Positions 63,401 through 64,000 of a stretch of DNA of 64,000 nucleotides are shown here, one piece after another. How positions within the stretch are numbered: the stretch's first letter is position 1; each line of letters starts with the position of its first letter. The notes below the pieces were generated by a model, which saw only the letters and a program-made list of their open reading frames with translations, did not search any database and had not been told where the DNA came from. The position numbers were made by a program, and so were the translations under genes. This stretch comes from an uncultured Veillonellaceae bacterium (lineage in GTDB: Bacteria > Bacillota > Negativicutes > JARBTT01), in the NCBI GenBank assembly GCA_963805085.1, contig CAWDTA010000003.1, positions 224,001 to 288,000 of the forward strand, read 5' to 3'.

Positions 63401-64000
63401 TGCTATGTGGACATGTCCTGGACGGCAATTGCCGATACCAGTCTATCGCACTACGAAATTCGTATGGCAACGAATGATGACTGGAGTTCAGCCACCGTTA
63501 TTGCCAGTCAACTAAAAGCCACTAGTTATAGTTATCAGCTGATGTCAGAAGGCTATATCTATTTCTTTATCAAGGCAGTAAATTCCGGTGGTTATTACAG
63601 CACAGCGGCGGCTGAAGATGCGCTGCAAGTAGTTTTGAAGCCGGATGCTGTTGCCAATCTCTCAGCTACTCAAAGCTCCAAAGATAAAAGTATCGTCATT
63701 TTAACCTGGGATGCGGTAAGTGGGGATGACATTGCCGGATATAAAGTTACGGTAGACGACGGCACATATATTACTAAAGAGCTTACCCATAGCTATGAGG
63801 CAAGTGAGAATAAGACGTATACTTTCTCGGTGCAGTCTATAACTACAGCGGGATATTGTTCTAAGGCCACAAGCTGCAGTATTGCTGTGACAATCTCGGC
63901 GATAGACGTTACCGGATTTTCCGTCAGACAATCCTCGACTGACCGGACGAAGATCATTTTAACGTGGGATACTCCGATAGAGCTTGATGTATCGTACTAT
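60479..64000 (+). CDS. Tail tip/host-specificity protein TipJ (gpI-gpJ-like) with multiple FN3 repeats, 3'-partial
   Basis: Open frame from ATG 60479 to the window end. Contains YGT, LCGGEGPID and NPAWAAYD, plus repeated P.DV....LSW......YRI FN3-like units. Absent from the ORF track because there is no stop in the window. Confidence 0.85.
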   Translation, partial: MITITIIKNPFDHSEKEVYTLEYIPEKTAFEYVQPYIMGLEDYIVSINGDVAEDAKVQVVNCDDWLAVCPIVGKSGRDWFRTIGTMAMGYAVSGLGNAKAWRAFWGESKFWANMAAGAVGLVGGTLINHWFPAAKADQVETKSSYNWSNAQSQTGQGNALAVTYGTMRTAGQILAQHVSSNDEDQYLNILLCGGEGPIDSINDIRINDNPISYYKGVTVETRLGANDQAAIANFNDTYDDQSLAYELNTDGSWATQQTEGNAVEGLEITLQFPGGLYYVNDDSGLGNASVTVIMQYRKVGDTDWNSVTTATITAAKNTAFFRTYRLDNFTANQYEVRAQCTSKSGTSTRYSTHVYWTQLSSIMYDDFARPGKVLVGIKALATNQLSGGTPSITWLQTRDKVWVWNSETSKYEQKSAANPAWAAYDMIHRCRQIKNIHTGGYEFVVQGAPASRAVYQDFVRWATFCDDRSLTFNYIFDTANDLWTLLQKPEGVGRGKVIMRGTKFGCVCDAPGDPVQLFTVGNILTDKFKESFVSLKDRANAIEVSFPNKNKAYEKEVITVYADDYDESTEPNITQITLDGATTVEQAYREAKYRLRLNQYLVRTVEHSADIDAIACQINDVVLLAHDVPQWGFSGRLLAATATTLQLDREVTLEPDKSYAVALQITNLAATANQDVQTIVTVGVQGVTEETTTDTITVIDSLSTVPLKWDLYSFGETNKVVKPFRVLNISRDQDLRRKISCLEYIEEIYTEATDIPEINYSELDTMPEASSLSVAEETYRQKDGTMVSDLNVSWRIPRTNEISGYKVLYSSDNGTTWTEWCRGIKVLSTSIVGVKTATTYLVKVCTINILNNVSNGIQASIYVTGKDRPPSDVASLAASFDTTDLSKVILSWSAVDDIDLAGYRIREGTKIIENLAQITTYTYAATESRAHTFAVTAVDNSGNESAAAATVTVKVTVEPADVQDFAIKQRASDRCYVDMSWTAIADTSLSHYEIRMATNDDWSSATVIASQLKATSYSYQLMSEGYIYFFIKAVNSGGYYSTAAAEDALQVVLKPDAVANLSATQSSKDKSIVILTWDAVSGDDIAGYKVTVDDGTYITKELTHSYEASENKTYTFSVQSITTAGYCSKATSCSIAVTISAIDVTGFSVRQSSTDRTKIILTWDTPIELDVSYY

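Larger units (their letters stand above)
49554..64000 (+). mobile_element. Phage-derived non-contractile tail locus (tailocin-like or cryptic prophage) carrying toxin-immunity cassettes
   Basis: Regulator, tail tube and lambda-like tip genes are co-oriented. No capsid, portal, terminase, sheath, integrase or replication gene lies between livK and the tail genes. The locus continues past the window end. Confidence 0.75.

Noticed and set aside
50400-64000. Contractile injection system, R-type tailocin or T6SS
   Set aside because: No sheath, baseplate J, VgrG or PAAR gene is seen; the tip genes are lambda-like and non-contractile.
1-64000. CRISPR array, tRNA or rRNA genes
   Set aside because: No regularly spaced short repeats or recognisable structural RNA genes were seen by eye.

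Overview
The window appears to come from a low-GC Firmicute; a Negativicute/Sporomusaceae-like anaerobe is inferred from gene style and is not proven. It has three parts. (1) 1-33.9 kb: the 3' half of a trans-AT polyketide synthase cluster with three megasynthase genes. It includes a split enoyl-isomerase (double-bond shift) module, a split dehydrating bimodule, and a terminus of three non-elongating KS domains with no thioesterase. A partial beta-branching cassette follows (ECH, KS-type decarboxylase, trans-AT, AcpK), where only a frameshifted stub of the HMG-CoA synthase gene remains. (2) 34.6-48.8 kb: housekeeping nitrogen and vitamin genes: pxpA-ycsG-ycsI-pxpBC, pdxTS/pdxR, a polar amino-acid ABC transporter, a tandem glycine riboswitch and two livK-like paralogs. 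This part also holds a repeated palindromic element, a candidate ANTAR attenuator and a candidate small RNA. (3) 49.5-64 kb, the most striking part: a headless, sheathless lambda-like phage tail module (HTH activator, tail completion protein, tail tube, Dit, gpL-like, NlpC/P60, TipJ with FN3 repeats). The slot normally holding the tail chaperone and tape-measure genes instead holds three polymorphic toxin-immunity cassettes with a shared N-terminal domain and variable C-termini. A duplicated Dit gene and an internally deleted IS4-family element lie within this array. All calls are from motif reading only; no database searches were run.
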